Below, in pieces: positions 43,562-51,891 of a DNA stretch of 64,000 bases. The position numbers and the translations under genes are program-made. The DNA comes from Candidatus Uhrbacteria bacterium (GTDB lineage Bacteria > Patescibacteriota > Patescibacteriia > UBA9934). How positions within the stretch are numbered: position 1 is the first letter of the stretch; every line of letters starts with the position of its first letter. A model generated the notes under the pieces. That model did not search any database, had not been told where the DNA came from, and worked only from the letters and a program-made list of their open reading frames with translations. The DNA is taken from NCBI GenBank assembly GCA_943359325.1, contig CALRHD010000004.1:5836-69835 (forward strand). The letters are read 5' to 3'.

Positions 43562-43694
43562 GTTGGCTCCTGTTGTTTGTTTCAAGGGGTGAAAACAGCA
43601 TTCAGCATCGCTGCTGGCTGTCGTTGTGAGGGAACAGAGTCGCCCATGCATTTTACACCAAAAATGGTGAAAAATGTGCATAAAGTGACTGGCA

Positions 43695-43723
43695 AATATA
43701 GCAAAAAAGTGGCTTTTTGTCAA
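43695..43723 (-). promoter_or_regulatory. consensus promoter TTGACA-17-TATATT (minus strand) for the 745-aa membrane-protein gene
   Basis: Read on the reverse complement: ttgacaaaaagccacttttttgctatatt. Confidence 0.6.
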
Positions 43724-43757
43724 TGGGAATAGTGGAGAAATGGAGAAGAGGGAGAGA

Positions 43758-43786
43758 TTGACAAAACCGTCATTTTATGCTATAGT
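43758..43786 (+). promoter_or_regulatory. consensus promoter TTGACA-17-TATAGT (plus strand) for the secreted-protein genes
   Basis: ttgacaaaaccgtcattttatgctatagt. Divergent from the previous promoter. Confidence 0.6.
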
Positions 43787-43876
43787 AAGACGTTGCGAAA
43801 ATGGCTGAAATAGGCCAAAATACAGGCTTTGGGGCCTGTTTCGCAATCCACCCACCCCAAGACCTTAGGAGGCAAC

Positions 43877-44509
43877 ATGTTCGCGATTCTTGTTCTCATT
43901 ACTGGCGCTTTCGCCGAAGACTACGGCACGGGCAATCTGCCGTGCGCCAATGTCGATGCGCCTGCCCCCGTGGTGCTGGTGGCAAAGACCCGCTGGCCAT
44001 TCCGCGCCATCACGGCGCAGATCAACGAGCGGCACGAAAGGCTCGCTTATCAGCACATCGAGGAATGCAGCCGCATTGCGGCGGCGAGTCTCGACAATCA
44101 GGCTGTGCACAATTCGGCCTATCGCATCGCGAATGTCGCGGTGCAGAAGGGGCAGCCTGTCGTTCTCGACGTTGAGAACGGGCGCGTGGTGACGGCCGAC
44201 GCTGCCGTCGCGCACGAATTGCCGGCCAGTGCATTCGGCGGCTACGGATATGGTGGCGGCTACTACGACTCTGAGCCGGGTAGCACGATCGGTCGAGACA
44301 TGGCGTTCATCAACAGCCAATTCGGCGTGGACGTGAGCAATGTTCGCGGCATGAGCGGCCACGGCGGAGGATCGTCCAAGGCAAAAAAGGCTGCGGACGA
44401 AAAAGCCAAGGCTGACGCTGAAGCCGCGGCTGCCAAAACGGCTGCGGACGCAAACGCGGCAAAGGTCGACGCCGCGAACAAGTCGATGGCGCCGATCGAA
44501 GGGAGCTAG
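43877..44509 (+). CDS. secreted hypothetical protein with Gly/Tyr-rich segment and Ala/Lys-rich C-terminus
   Basis: Signal peptide MFAILVLITGAFA. AGGAGG SD 5 nt upstream. 210 aa. GC-rich. Confidence 0.65.
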   Translation: MFAILVLITGAFAEDYGTGNLPCANVDAPAPVVLVAKTRWPFRAITAQINERHERLAYQHIEECSRIAAASLDNQAVHNSAYRIANVAVQKGQPVVLDVENGRVVTADAAVAHELPASAFGGYGYGGGYYDSEPGSTIGRDMAFINSQFGVDVSNVRGMSGHGGGSSKAKKAADEKAKADAEAAAAKTAADANAAKVDAANKSMAPIEGS

Positions 44510-44633
44510 TCACTCCCAACTCTTCCTCCTGCAGTCATCCGAAAGGGTGTACTGCAGGAGGCAGCTCACTCTGCAGAAAAATGTTCTGCATGGCGAGCTG
44601 CCAATCACGGTAGCAACATCTCACGAGGTCAAC

Positions 44634-45179
44634 ATGATTCTTTCACTCCTTTTCTCGCTCATGATACCGGTCGCACCTGCAGCCGACGAAGCGAAGCAAC
44701 CCTGCTATATGAGCGTCTCGATGCCAACGGGGTGCGAAGGCAACGGTGACTGCATGGTCATCGAAAATGCGCACAGCAGCATCGCCATCGCGCCGATCAT
44801 TGAGGGGCTGTGTCCTGTCACTGTCGTGAAAGCGAGTGCGAGCGGTCCGATTCAGGCGATCATCAGCCCGACGAGGGGGAGGAATGGTGCGACCTTCATT
44901 CCCGTCATTCCGCCCCATGGCATCGCGTACATGTTCTTCCCTGCGGGTACGACGCAGTTTCGGATTTCCGGTGTGGCGTATAGTGGCAGCTTTGGTGCTA
45001 CCATGCCCATGAATCAGGGTGGAGTGGCGATCAGCGTCTTCGACGACGACGAAGCGGTCGACATCTCTGATCATCAGCGGGTAGGCAGGTGTCTTTGGCA
45101 GACGATACAGCGTGGCACCAAGAAGGTGCAGTACGGCGCGGTGTGCTCTGGTCCCGAGCTCGAGAAGAGCAGGCGGTAG
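44634..45179 (+). CDS. secreted Cys-containing hypothetical protein
   Basis: Signal peptide MILSLLFSLMIPVAPAADEA. GAGGT SD. 181 aa. Confidence 0.6.
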   Translation: MILSLLFSLMIPVAPAADEAKQPCYMSVSMPTGCEGNGDCMVIENAHSSIAIAPIIEGLCPVTVVKASASGPIQAIISPTRGRNGATFIPVIPPHGIAYMFFPAGTTQFRISGVAYSGSFGATMPMNQGGVAISVFDDDEAVDISDHQRVGRCLWQTIQRGTKKVQYGAVCSGPELEKSRR

Positions 45180-45209
45180 GAGCGAATCGCCATTCTCGGC
45201 GAAACAAAC

Positions 45210-45265
45210 AAGCGGCAGTTGCGTTCTCGGGTCTCCGAGACGCACCTGCCGCTGTTTTCTTTTTT
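45210..45265. terminator. bidirectional terminator between the secreted-protein genes (+) and the pilin array (-)
   Basis: GCGGCAG...(loop)...CTGCCGC followed by TTTTCTTTTTTTT. Confidence 0.6.
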
Positions 45266-45270
45266 TTGGG

Positions 45271-45657
45271 TTAGCCTGTTGACGTTGCCGTACCGAGCTG
45301 GTCGATAACGAACGACGAAATGGCGTAAGCCGAGAGCAAGATGATGAGACCAATGACCGAGTTGAGCAAAATGCCGCGTGCCTTTTTGACGTTGTCTTCG
45401 TTTCCTCCCGCAGTCATCCAGAGGAGTCCTGCGTAGATGATGAGAATGAGGAAGATAACACCGAGGAAGCCGAGCAGTACGCTAATGAGCGAACCGATCG
45501 TCGTTGTGAGACTTCCTGCGTCACCACCAAGACCGGCGGAGTCGTTGACTTCATCGAGCTGGCCTGAGAGGTCAACGGCGTGTGCACTTTGCAGTGCGAT
45601 GGGTGCGAGTGGCAAGGCAGCCATTGCTGCCGCCATGAGTGCGTGTTTGAGCTTCAT
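45271..45657 (-). CDS. TrbC/VirB2-like pilin family protein (paralog 6 of 6)
   Basis: Signal peptide ending AHA. Conserved core LISVLLGFLGVIFLILIIYAGLLWMTAGGNEDNVKKARGILLNSVIGLIILLSAYAISSFVI (two TM helices around the WMTAGGN motif). Confidence 0.7.
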   Translation of the reverse strand: MKLKHALMAAAMAALPLAPIALQSAHAVDLSGQLDEVNDSAGLGGDAGSLTTTIGSLISVLLGFLGVIFLILIIYAGLLWMTAGGNEDNVKKARGILLNSVIGLIILLSAYAISSFVIDQLGTATSTG

Positions 45658-45666
45658 AGCAAAAAA

Positions 45667-46041
45667 TTAATATGTGTTAGTACCTACATAGCGTATCACG
45701 GTTGCCGAAATCGCATAAGAGGATAACACGATTACGAGTCCAATAACCGCGTTGAGCAAAATGCCGCGTGCCTTTTTTACTTGATCGGCGTTCCCTGCAG
45801 CCGTCATCCACAAGAGTCCTGCGTAAATCGTAAGAAAGAGAAAAATAACACCAAGAAATCCGAGCAGTACGCTAATGAGTGTACCGATCATTGGCAGCAA
45901 TCCTTCAGACGAAAATGCGGCGTCTTGCGTTGCACCCGCAGCAACTGTTGCACTGTCGTAACTTATTGCATGCACCAAAAGAGGAGTTGCTGCAACGAAC
46001 AGACAGGCATATAACGTTGCGGTGAGAAGGGGGCGACGCAT
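45667..46041 (-). CDS. TrbC/VirB2-like pilin family protein (paralog 5)
   Basis: Internal ATG (MRRPLLTATLYACLFVAATPLLVHA) chosen to avoid overlap with the upstream paralog. Same conserved core LISVLLGFLGVIFLFLTIYAGLLWMTAAGNADQVKKARGILLNAVIGLVIVLSSYAISA. Confidence 0.7.
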   Translation of the reverse strand: MRRPLLTATLYACLFVAATPLLVHAISYDSATVAAGATQDAAFSSEGLLPMIGTLISVLLGFLGVIFLFLTIYAGLLWMTAAGNADQVKKARGILLNAVIGLVIVLSSYAISATVIRYVGTNTY

Positions 46042-46042
46042 A

Positions 46043-46435
46043 TTACGGTGATCCGTTAATATCTCCAACGGTGAGCGCATTGAAAATCGCCGCAGTGAGC
46101 GCGTACGCTGCAGTAACGATCACAAGACCAATTACAGAATTGACCATTATTTCTCGAGCTTTTTTGACCTGGTCGCTGTTACCTGCCGCAGTCATCCACA
46201 AGAGTCCGGCGTAGAGCATGAGGAGAAGGAATATGACGCCGATCAGCGCAAGAATGGGGGCAATGATGTATGTGCCGATAAAGACGGTAATGCCACCCGT
46301 CGCATTGTTTGTGTCGTAGTTTGCAACCTCTCCAGTGCTAATGAGCCCCGTGTCGCTGAGTGCGATTCTCGCTGAAGCAAGCGCCGGCAGAGAAAGCGTG
46401 AACACGAACAGAAGGGTGACGAGGAGTTTTCGCAT
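46043..46435 (-). CDS. TrbC/VirB2-like pilin family protein (paralog 4)
   Basis: Signal peptide MRKLLVTLLFVFTLSLPALASA. Core ILALIGVIFLLLMLYAGLLWMTAAGNSDQVKKAREIMVNSVIGLVIVTAAYA. Confidence 0.7.
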   Translation of the reverse strand: MRKLLVTLLFVFTLSLPALASARIALSDTGLISTGEVANYDTNNATGGITVFIGTYIIAPILALIGVIFLLLMLYAGLLWMTAAGNSDQVKKAREIMVNSVIGLVIVTAAYALTAAIFNALTVGDINGSP

Positions 46436-46436
46436 A

Positions 46437-46847
46437 CTAGCTTTGTGTCGACGTGATAATGGAGCTAATAACGAAGCTCGCGATGGCGTACGCCGAGAGA
46501 ATAATCGCCAAACCGATGATACCTGCGATAATGAGGTTCTTTGCTTCGGTGACTTTTTCGTCGTTGCCTCCTGCAGTCATCCATTTAAAACCGCCGAGAA
46601 GAATAATGACGACCGCAATAACGCCGAGGAATCCGAGGAGTACACGAATAAGTTGGCCGATGGTCGTTTTGATGTCTGCTTGGCCGAGGCCTGCAGTGTC
46701 GCCGAAGTCGGACGGCAAAATGTCTTCTGCTTCAAGCTGTTGTGCATGTGCAGGAACTGCCTGCATGAGCATTGCACCGCCAAACGGCAGGGCAAGGAGT
46801 GCCGCAACGCTTGCGCCGACCAAGAACCGTGTAAAGGTTTGTGTCAT
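46437..46847 (-). CDS. TrbC/VirB2-like pilin family protein (paralog 3)
   Basis: Signal peptide ending AHA. Core LIRVLLGFLGVIAVVIILLGGFKWMTAGGNDEKVTEAKNLIIAGIIGLAIILSAYAIASFVI. Confidence 0.7.
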   Translation of the reverse strand: MTQTFTRFLVGASVAALLALPFGGAMLMQAVPAHAQQLEAEDILPSDFGDTAGLGQADIKTTIGQLIRVLLGFLGVIAVVIILLGGFKWMTAGGNDEKVTEAKNLIIAGIIGLAIILSAYAIASFVISSIITSTQS

Positions 46848-46890
46848 ACGAAAAAAATAATGAATGGATGTATAAAGTATAGCACATTAA

Positions 46891-47268
46891 CTATAGAGCA
46901 GTCGCACTGCCTGTTGTAAGCGCGTTTATGAGTGCGCTGACAATTGCGTATGCAGCAAACACAACGACAAGTCCGAGTGTTGCCCACACAATAATTTCAC
47001 GACCTTTTTTAATGCGGTCGGGATTTCCGGCACTCGTGAGCCAAAACATGCCACCATAAATAAACATGACAAGTGCGAGCGAACCGATAATAGACAAAAA
47101 GCCTTTGATAACCGTACCGAGAATAATACGCACATCGGTTTCGCCGAGCGGATTGTAGAGTGTGACGTCGGCGGCGTGGACAGGGGAGGCGAAAAGAGAT
47201 CCTGCAAGGCCGGAAACGAGAAAAGAGAAAAGGAGAACGAGGAGTGATGCGGAGAGAAACTTTTTCAT
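46891..47268 (-). CDS. TrbC/VirB2-like pilin family protein (paralog 2, more divergent)
   Basis: Signal peptide MKKFLSASLLVLLFSFLVSGLAGSLFASPVHA. Core FLSIIGSLALVMFIYGGMFWLTSAGNPDRIKKGREIIVWATLGLVVVFAAYAIVSALI. Confidence 0.65.
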   Translation of the reverse strand: MKKFLSASLLVLLFSFLVSGLAGSLFASPVHAADVTLYNPLGETDVRIILGTVIKGFLSIIGSLALVMFIYGGMFWLTSAGNPDRIKKGREIIVWATLGLVVVFAAYAIVSALINALTTGSATAL

Positions 47269-47275
47269 ATCAAAA

Positions 47276-47797
47276 TTATTCTGTCTGTATAATGTCGCTC
47301 GCTTCGGTGCCGATGGTATCTTCTATATTTGTTGTTGCAGGTTCGCCAGTTTTGAGGATGGAAATGACGAGGTTAATGAATGCGTATGCACCAAAGACAA
47401 TGACGAGTCCGATTGCGGCGCCAGTGATAGCATCTTTGCCGCGTTGTACCCGTTCAGGGTAGCCAGCGGAAAGAATCCATTCAAACCCGCCGTATACAAA
47501 TGCGATCAACGCTGCGCTGCCCGAAAGTGCGAGAATAAGATAGCTAATGTTCACCGCTACCTGTAGCGCCTGTTCGACTGTGCACCTTCCTGAATCTTTG
47601 CATGCACAGTGGGCGGTGTCGGCGTCGGTTTCGAATGGCGCGGAACAGATGTTTGCGAAAATAATGCCGTCGCGGCGAATGTCGCTGTATTCGGTGCTGA
47701 TGGTGAGAGCGTGAGCAGAGAATGGAGAAACAAAAAAACCGACGGAGAGAACAAGCCCGAACATGATAGGCGCAAACAAGCGACGGATTGCGTGCAT
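47276..47797 (-). CDS. TrbC/VirB2-like pilin family protein (paralog 1, longest, with Cys-rich insert)
   Basis: Signal peptide ending SAHA. Insert ANICSAPFETDADTAHCACKDSGRCTV. Core LILALSGSAALIAFVYGGFEWILSAGYPERVQRGKDAITGAAIGLVIVFGAYAFINLVISIL. Confidence 0.65.
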   Translation of the reverse strand: MHAIRRLFAPIMFGLVLSVGFFVSPFSAHALTISTEYSDIRRDGIIFANICSAPFETDADTAHCACKDSGRCTVEQALQVAVNISYLILALSGSAALIAFVYGGFEWILSAGYPERVQRGKDAITGAAIGLVIVFGAYAFINLVISILKTGEPATTNIEDTIGTEASDIIQTE

Positions 47798-47839
47798 AAC
47801 TATAAAGAGTATAGCACATCTCTGCTCGCTTCACTGATC

Positions 47840-47970
47840 ACCGAAGTGTGGGGTAGTCCGCTCCTCGCTGCGACCCTCCGAGCCGCAGTCCCTGCAGCAG
47901 GGCCTCGGCGTTACTCGGCCATGGACTGACGGGTCGGGTCTCGCTCGATCGCGAACCACCCCACACTTTT
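47840..47970. repeat. structured GC-rich palindromic element, copy A (roughly 125 nt, closed by agtgtggggt/accccacact), immediately upstream of the pilin operon
   Basis: The core ccgagccgcagtccctgcagcagggcctcggcgttactcggccatggactgacgggtcg is about 80% identical to the reverse complement of 50330-50410. A -10-like TATACT (minus strand) sits about 12 nt upstream of the paralog-1 ATG. Confidence 0.55.
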
Positions 47971-48003
47971 GGTGAGCCTACTCGATACTCGGTTACTTGT
48001 TAC

Positions 48004-49389
48004 TTATTTGTACGTCTGCGCGACAATTCTCGCCGTTGTTTCAATGTCATTTGCAGGGTCTTCTGCACCGCCCAAAATAGTATCGATCAAACTCATCATC
48101 GCATTTTCCATCGCAGCGACGTCGTTTCCGTGGTACCACGTTCGTGCGGTCAAAAGTTGCTCGGCAAAAATGCCCGTGTCTTCGTTATCGAGCGTGTTGT
48201 TAATAAGGCCGCGAAGGGCGGGCGGCTTTCCTGCCTTATCCAAATATGTCTGCACATTTTCCTCTTTTGCTTGGTACTGTAAAAAGTCCCACGCCCAATC
48301 TGCAAATTCGGTGTCTTTTGAAACGCCCTCAACCCAATAATTGGCGATGTTCACCTCGCGGCCGCCGTCGATTTGCGGGAGTTTAGAAATGCCGAAGTTG
48401 AGTTTTGGTGACATGGTACGCAAAAGCGGAATGTCGTAGCTATAGCCGAAGAAAATTGCCGTTTGCCCGTTTGCAAATGCTTGGAGTGAGTTCGGGAACG
48501 AATCATTCCATGTGTAGACTTCTTTTGTGGGATTTGCGAAGTCAGTGAAGAAATTTACGGCGTCAAGACCAGGAAATATGTTGTCGGGCGTGCCGTCGGG
48601 AATGGTGTGGAACGCAACGCGGCCACGGCTGTCCGTCATGTTTGTGCCGTTTTGCATCATGAGGACAGAGAGAATGTCAGTGACACGTTCGACGTTGTCC
48701 GATGTGCCGATTGCGGCGCCCGACTGCGCAATATCGCCCTTGCTGTTGATGTCGGTGAGCTTTATGATGTCGGCCTGAAAGTCTTGCCATGTTGTGGGTG
48801 ACGTTGCTATGCCCGCAGCATTGAACAAATCTTTGTTGACGAACATCGCGAGCGTATCGACCGAAAGCGGAAGGCCGAAAATGCGTTGCTCGGCGTCTAC
48901 ACTCGGGTCGGGTTGATAGTCGCGAACGACGTCTTCAGCGACCACGTCAACAAAGTCATTCTTAAGCGTTTTTTGGCTCATGCCTGGAGTTTCTTTGTTG
49001 ACGATCACCGTTTGCTTGCGAATTGCGCCTTGCGTTTGAAGGAAGCTCACTGTTGTCGATGCGGGCATTGGCATGAGCAGGTTTTTGAATTGCTCGACTT
49101 CGTCGTTATGCACTGCAAAAATATCAGGACCTTCGCCTTCGGCTAATGCGCGCACCAATTCATCTTCGTATTCATCCCCGCGGAGTTTTTTGTAGTTTAT
49201 TTTGACGTTTGGGTGGAGCGCGGTGTAGCTCTTTATGACGTCGCGGAATGCGTCGTCGTTGTCAAAAACGCGCCAGTAAGAAAGCGTAACGTCTTCCAAA
49301 CTACTCTTGTCGGCGGCAGCACCGCAGCCCGACGTAATGAGCAGCGTTCCCAAAAGTGCAAGCGCGGTAAAACGGGCGGAGTAGGTCAT
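48004..49389 (-). CDS. ABC transporter extracellular solute-binding lipoprotein (carbohydrate type, family 1)
   Basis: Lipoprotein signal MTYSARFTALALLGTLLITSGC. 461 aa with a periplasmic-binding-protein fold pattern. Confidence 0.75.
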   Translation of the reverse strand: MTYSARFTALALLGTLLITSGCGAAADKSSLEDVTLSYWRVFDNDDAFRDVIKSYTALHPNVKINYKKLRGDEYEDELVRALAEGEGPDIFAVHNDEVEQFKNLLMPMPASTTVSFLQTQGAIRKQTVIVNKETPGMSQKTLKNDFVDVVAEDVVRDYQPDPSVDAEQRIFGLPLSVDTLAMFVNKDLFNAAGIATSPTTWQDFQADIIKLTDINSKGDIAQSGAAIGTSDNVERVTDILSVLMMQNGTNMTDSRGRVAFHTIPDGTPDNIFPGLDAVNFFTDFANPTKEVYTWNDSFPNSLQAFANGQTAIFFGYSYDIPLLRTMSPKLNFGISKLPQIDGGREVNIANYWVEGVSKDTEFADWAWDFLQYQAKEENVQTYLDKAGKPPALRGLINNTLDNEDTGIFAEQLLTARTWYHGNDVAAMENAMMSLIDTILGGAEDPANDIETTARIVAQTYK

Positions 49390-49394
49390 ACGGG

Positions 49395-50264
49395 TTATTT
49401 CAATGACTGCAAATAGTGCTGCAAATCGTTTTTGACTTCAGGGTGGGTGAGGCCGAGTTCGATCTGCGCGATGATAAATTGGACTTTATTGCCGCAATCG
49501 TAGCGGCGACCGTCGAACTTGCAGCCGTAGAGCGGCTTGCCGTTTTCGAGGTGCGTGGCGAATGCGTCGGCGAGGCGAATTTCTTCATCTTTTCCGGGTT
49601 GCTGTTCGGCGAGAATGCGCAAAATTTCTGGTGTAATGACGTAACGACCGACGACTGCGAGGTTCGACGGCGCGTCGTCAACAGCAGGTTTTTCTACGAA
49701 CTTTTTAATTTCCCATGTGTTTTTGCCCGTTTCAATGCCGCCAATGACGCCATAGCGCGATACTTCTGCGTGCGGTACTTCTTGGATGGCGATCACAGGG
49801 TCGCCGTACTTTTCGAATGTCTTGATAAGCTGGCCAATCGCAGGAACCTTTCCCGTAATAATATCGTCGCCAAAAAGAATTGCAACAGATTCGTCGGCAC
49901 CAATGAACGGTGCGGCGGCGAGCACGGCGTGGCCGTCTCCAAGCGGTTTTTGTTGGCGAACGAATGCAAATTTTGCGAGTTTTCCGACCTCGCGGATTGC
50001 CTCAAGCTCCTTCATTTTATTTTTTTGCTCAAGTCGGTACTCGAGCTCGAAGTTTCGGTCGAAATGGTCCTCAATGGCGCGTTTGCCCATTGCGGTAACG
50101 AAGATAATTTCTTCAATGCCTGCTGCAACAGCTTCCTCTACAATATATTGAATGACGGGTTTGTCGACGACGGGCAACATTTCTTTTGGTTGCGCTTTTG
50201 TGGCAGGGAGAAACCGCGTTCCCATGCCTGCGACGGGAATAATCGCTTTGCGAATTTTTATCAT
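49395..50264 (-). CDS. galU: UTP--glucose-1-phosphate uridylyltransferase
   Basis: MIKIRKAIIPVAGMGTRFLPATKAQPKEMLPVVDKPVIQYIVEEA is the classic GalU N-terminus. Start at the internal ATG at 50264. Confidence 0.9.
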   Translation of the reverse strand: MIKIRKAIIPVAGMGTRFLPATKAQPKEMLPVVDKPVIQYIVEEAVAAGIEEIIFVTAMGKRAIEDHFDRNFELEYRLEQKNKMKELEAIREVGKLAKFAFVRQQKPLGDGHAVLAAAPFIGADESVAILFGDDIITGKVPAIGQLIKTFEKYGDPVIAIQEVPHAEVSRYGVIGGIETGKNTWEIKKFVEKPAVDDAPSNLAVVGRYVITPEILRILAEQQPGKDEEIRLADAFATHLENGKPLYGCKFDGRRYDCGNKVQFIIAQIELGLTHPEVKNDLQHYLQSLK

Positions 50265-50286
50265 ACTTTTTTCAGTATAACGCAAA

Positions 50287-50447
50287 AACTGTACCCGCAC
50301 CATATGTCCTGCGACGTCGTTCGGCACCGCCCGTCGCGCTGAGCGCGACCCGTCAGTCCCTGGCCGGCGTAAGCCGAGGCCTTGCTGTACGGACTGCGGC
50401 TGCGGGGCTGAACAAGGAGCGGGATATGTGGTGCGGGTACAGTTTTA
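50287..50447. repeat. structured GC-rich palindromic element, copy B (roughly 160 nt, closed by a 19-bp inverted repeat aaaactgtacccgcaccatat/atatgtggtgcgggtacagtttt), immediately upstream of galU
   Basis: Core homologous to copy A in inverted orientation. A TATACT on the minus strand about 10 nt upstream of the galU ATG. Confidence 0.55.
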
Positions 50448-51314
50448 TTAAAAACTTCCGCTACTTCCACCACCACCAAAACTGCCTCCTCCAAAACCAC
50501 CAAAGCTGCTGCCTCCGCCCGATGAACCACCCCGACCGCCACCGAGCCACCAGAATCCGGGACTATTAAAATTTTTGCCATGTAAAAGTTTCGACAATAT
50601 AAAGTCGATGAGCAGGCCCGCAGCAACACCGATTCCGAGCCCCAAAAGTCCTGCAACAAGTACACCGACTCCTGCGCCGAGCACGCCGCCCAGCCACCAC
50701 GACTTTGTGCTGCCAAGCCAGCGGCCAATGAGAAAGAGAAAAATGAGTGCGAATGGGCCAAACGTATTGAGCAGCGCGGGGAGCACGTTGTTGCCTTTCT
50801 CTATTTGCGCAAATGTTTCGCCACGAGCAAGGCTGTTGAGCGCCACAACGCCGTTTAAGACCGCTGCGTCATAGTTGTTCGCGTGCAAAGATGGCGTCAT
50901 CACGTCGTCAATAATTCTCCATGCTTCGGCGTCGGGAATAACACCTTCCAATCCATACCCTACTTCAATACGCACCTTTCGTTCGGTTGGGGCAATGAGA
51001 AGCAAAACGCCGTTGTCGCTCCCTTGCTGGCCAATGCCCCAGCTTCGCGCAAGCGCAATCGCATAATCTTCAATGGCGTAGTCCTGCAAACTCGACACGG
51101 TCACAACCGCGATTTGCGTCGATGTTTCTTGGTTGAGGAGTGCAATTTCTTGCTGAATTGCCGATTCTGTTTCGGGTGACAAGACGTTTGCTTGGTCGAG
51201 AATGTAACTTTGCGGGGCAAGAGGCAGTGAAAGGGCTGCAAAACACAACTCCGCGTTCGCAAAAAAAGCAAACGCTGCGAGTGCTACGATGCCATTGCGT
51301 ACAAAATTACTCAT
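50448..51314 (-). CDS. TPM-domain (YgcG/TLP18.3-like) membrane protein with Gly/Ser-rich C-terminus
   Basis: Signal peptide. TPM domain pattern (VLSPETESAIQQEIALLNQETSTQIAVVTV...). TM segment. C-terminal GGGSSGGGSSFGGFGGGSFGGGGSS. Confidence 0.75.
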   Translation of the reverse strand: MSNFVRNGIVALAAFAFFANAELCFAALSLPLAPQSYILDQANVLSPETESAIQQEIALLNQETSTQIAVVTVSSLQDYAIEDYAIALARSWGIGQQGSDNGVLLLIAPTERKVRIEVGYGLEGVIPDAEAWRIIDDVMTPSLHANNYDAAVLNGVVALNSLARGETFAQIEKGNNVLPALLNTFGPFALIFLFLIGRWLGSTKSWWLGGVLGAGVGVLVAGLLGLGIGVAAGLLIDFILSKLLHGKNFNSPGFWWLGGGRGGSSGGGSSFGGFGGGSFGGGGSSGSF

Positions 51315-51891
51315 TGCTGAAGTCGATCACTGGGGCTGTTGCACTCCCTTCAATCGACGTAAAGAGTGGGAAGACGTCAAAGCCAAATAAGTTCGCAATA
51401 ATGTTGCCGGGGAAACGTTGTACTTTGACGTTATATGTTGTTGCGGCGTCATTAAAGTCTTTTCGTGCAACAGCGATGCGATTTTCCGTTCCCTCGATTT
51501 GCGCTTGGAGCGTTTGGAAGCTCGCGGTCGCCGTCAAATTTGGGTATGCCTCAACGCTCACAAGGAGTCGCGACATTGCAGAGTCGAACGTTTGGCTTGC
51601 GGCAATTTGGTCGCCAATCGTCGCGCTGGCGTTTTGCGTTGTGTTCAGCCAGTTTGTTCGTGCTTCCGTGACTGCCGTTAACGTCGACTGTTCGAAATTC
51701 GCTGCACCTTTTACGGTCGCAACAAGCTGTGGCACGACATCTGCACGACGTTGGTACTGCACCTCGACATTGCCCCACGCGTTGTCGACGCTCGCTTTTC
51801 CGCTCACGAGGCCGTTGTATGACCCCATGACCCACAACGCAATAACGACGACAACACCGAGTACAATTGCCCACACGGGAATTTTTTTCAT
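51307..51891 (-). CDS. LemA-family protein
   Basis: N-terminal TM, then NGLVSGKASVDNAWGNVEVQYQRRADVVPQLV... matches the LemA pattern. 8-nt overlap with the TPM gene (the usual LemA-TPM pair). Confidence 0.8.
   Translation of the reverse strand: MKKIPVWAIVLGVVVVIALWVMGSYNGLVSGKASVDNAWGNVEVQYQRRADVVPQLVATVKGAANFEQSTLTAVTEARTNWLNTTQNASATIGDQIAASQTFDSAMSRLLVSVEAYPNLTATASFQTLQAQIEGTENRIAVARKDFNDAATTYNVKVQRFPGNIIANLFGFDVFPLFTSIEGSATAPVIDFSNE

Noticed and set aside
49416-50342. 308-aa plus-strand ORF opposite galU
   Set aside because: Antisense to a textbook GalU sequence. Cys/Phe/Asn-rich.
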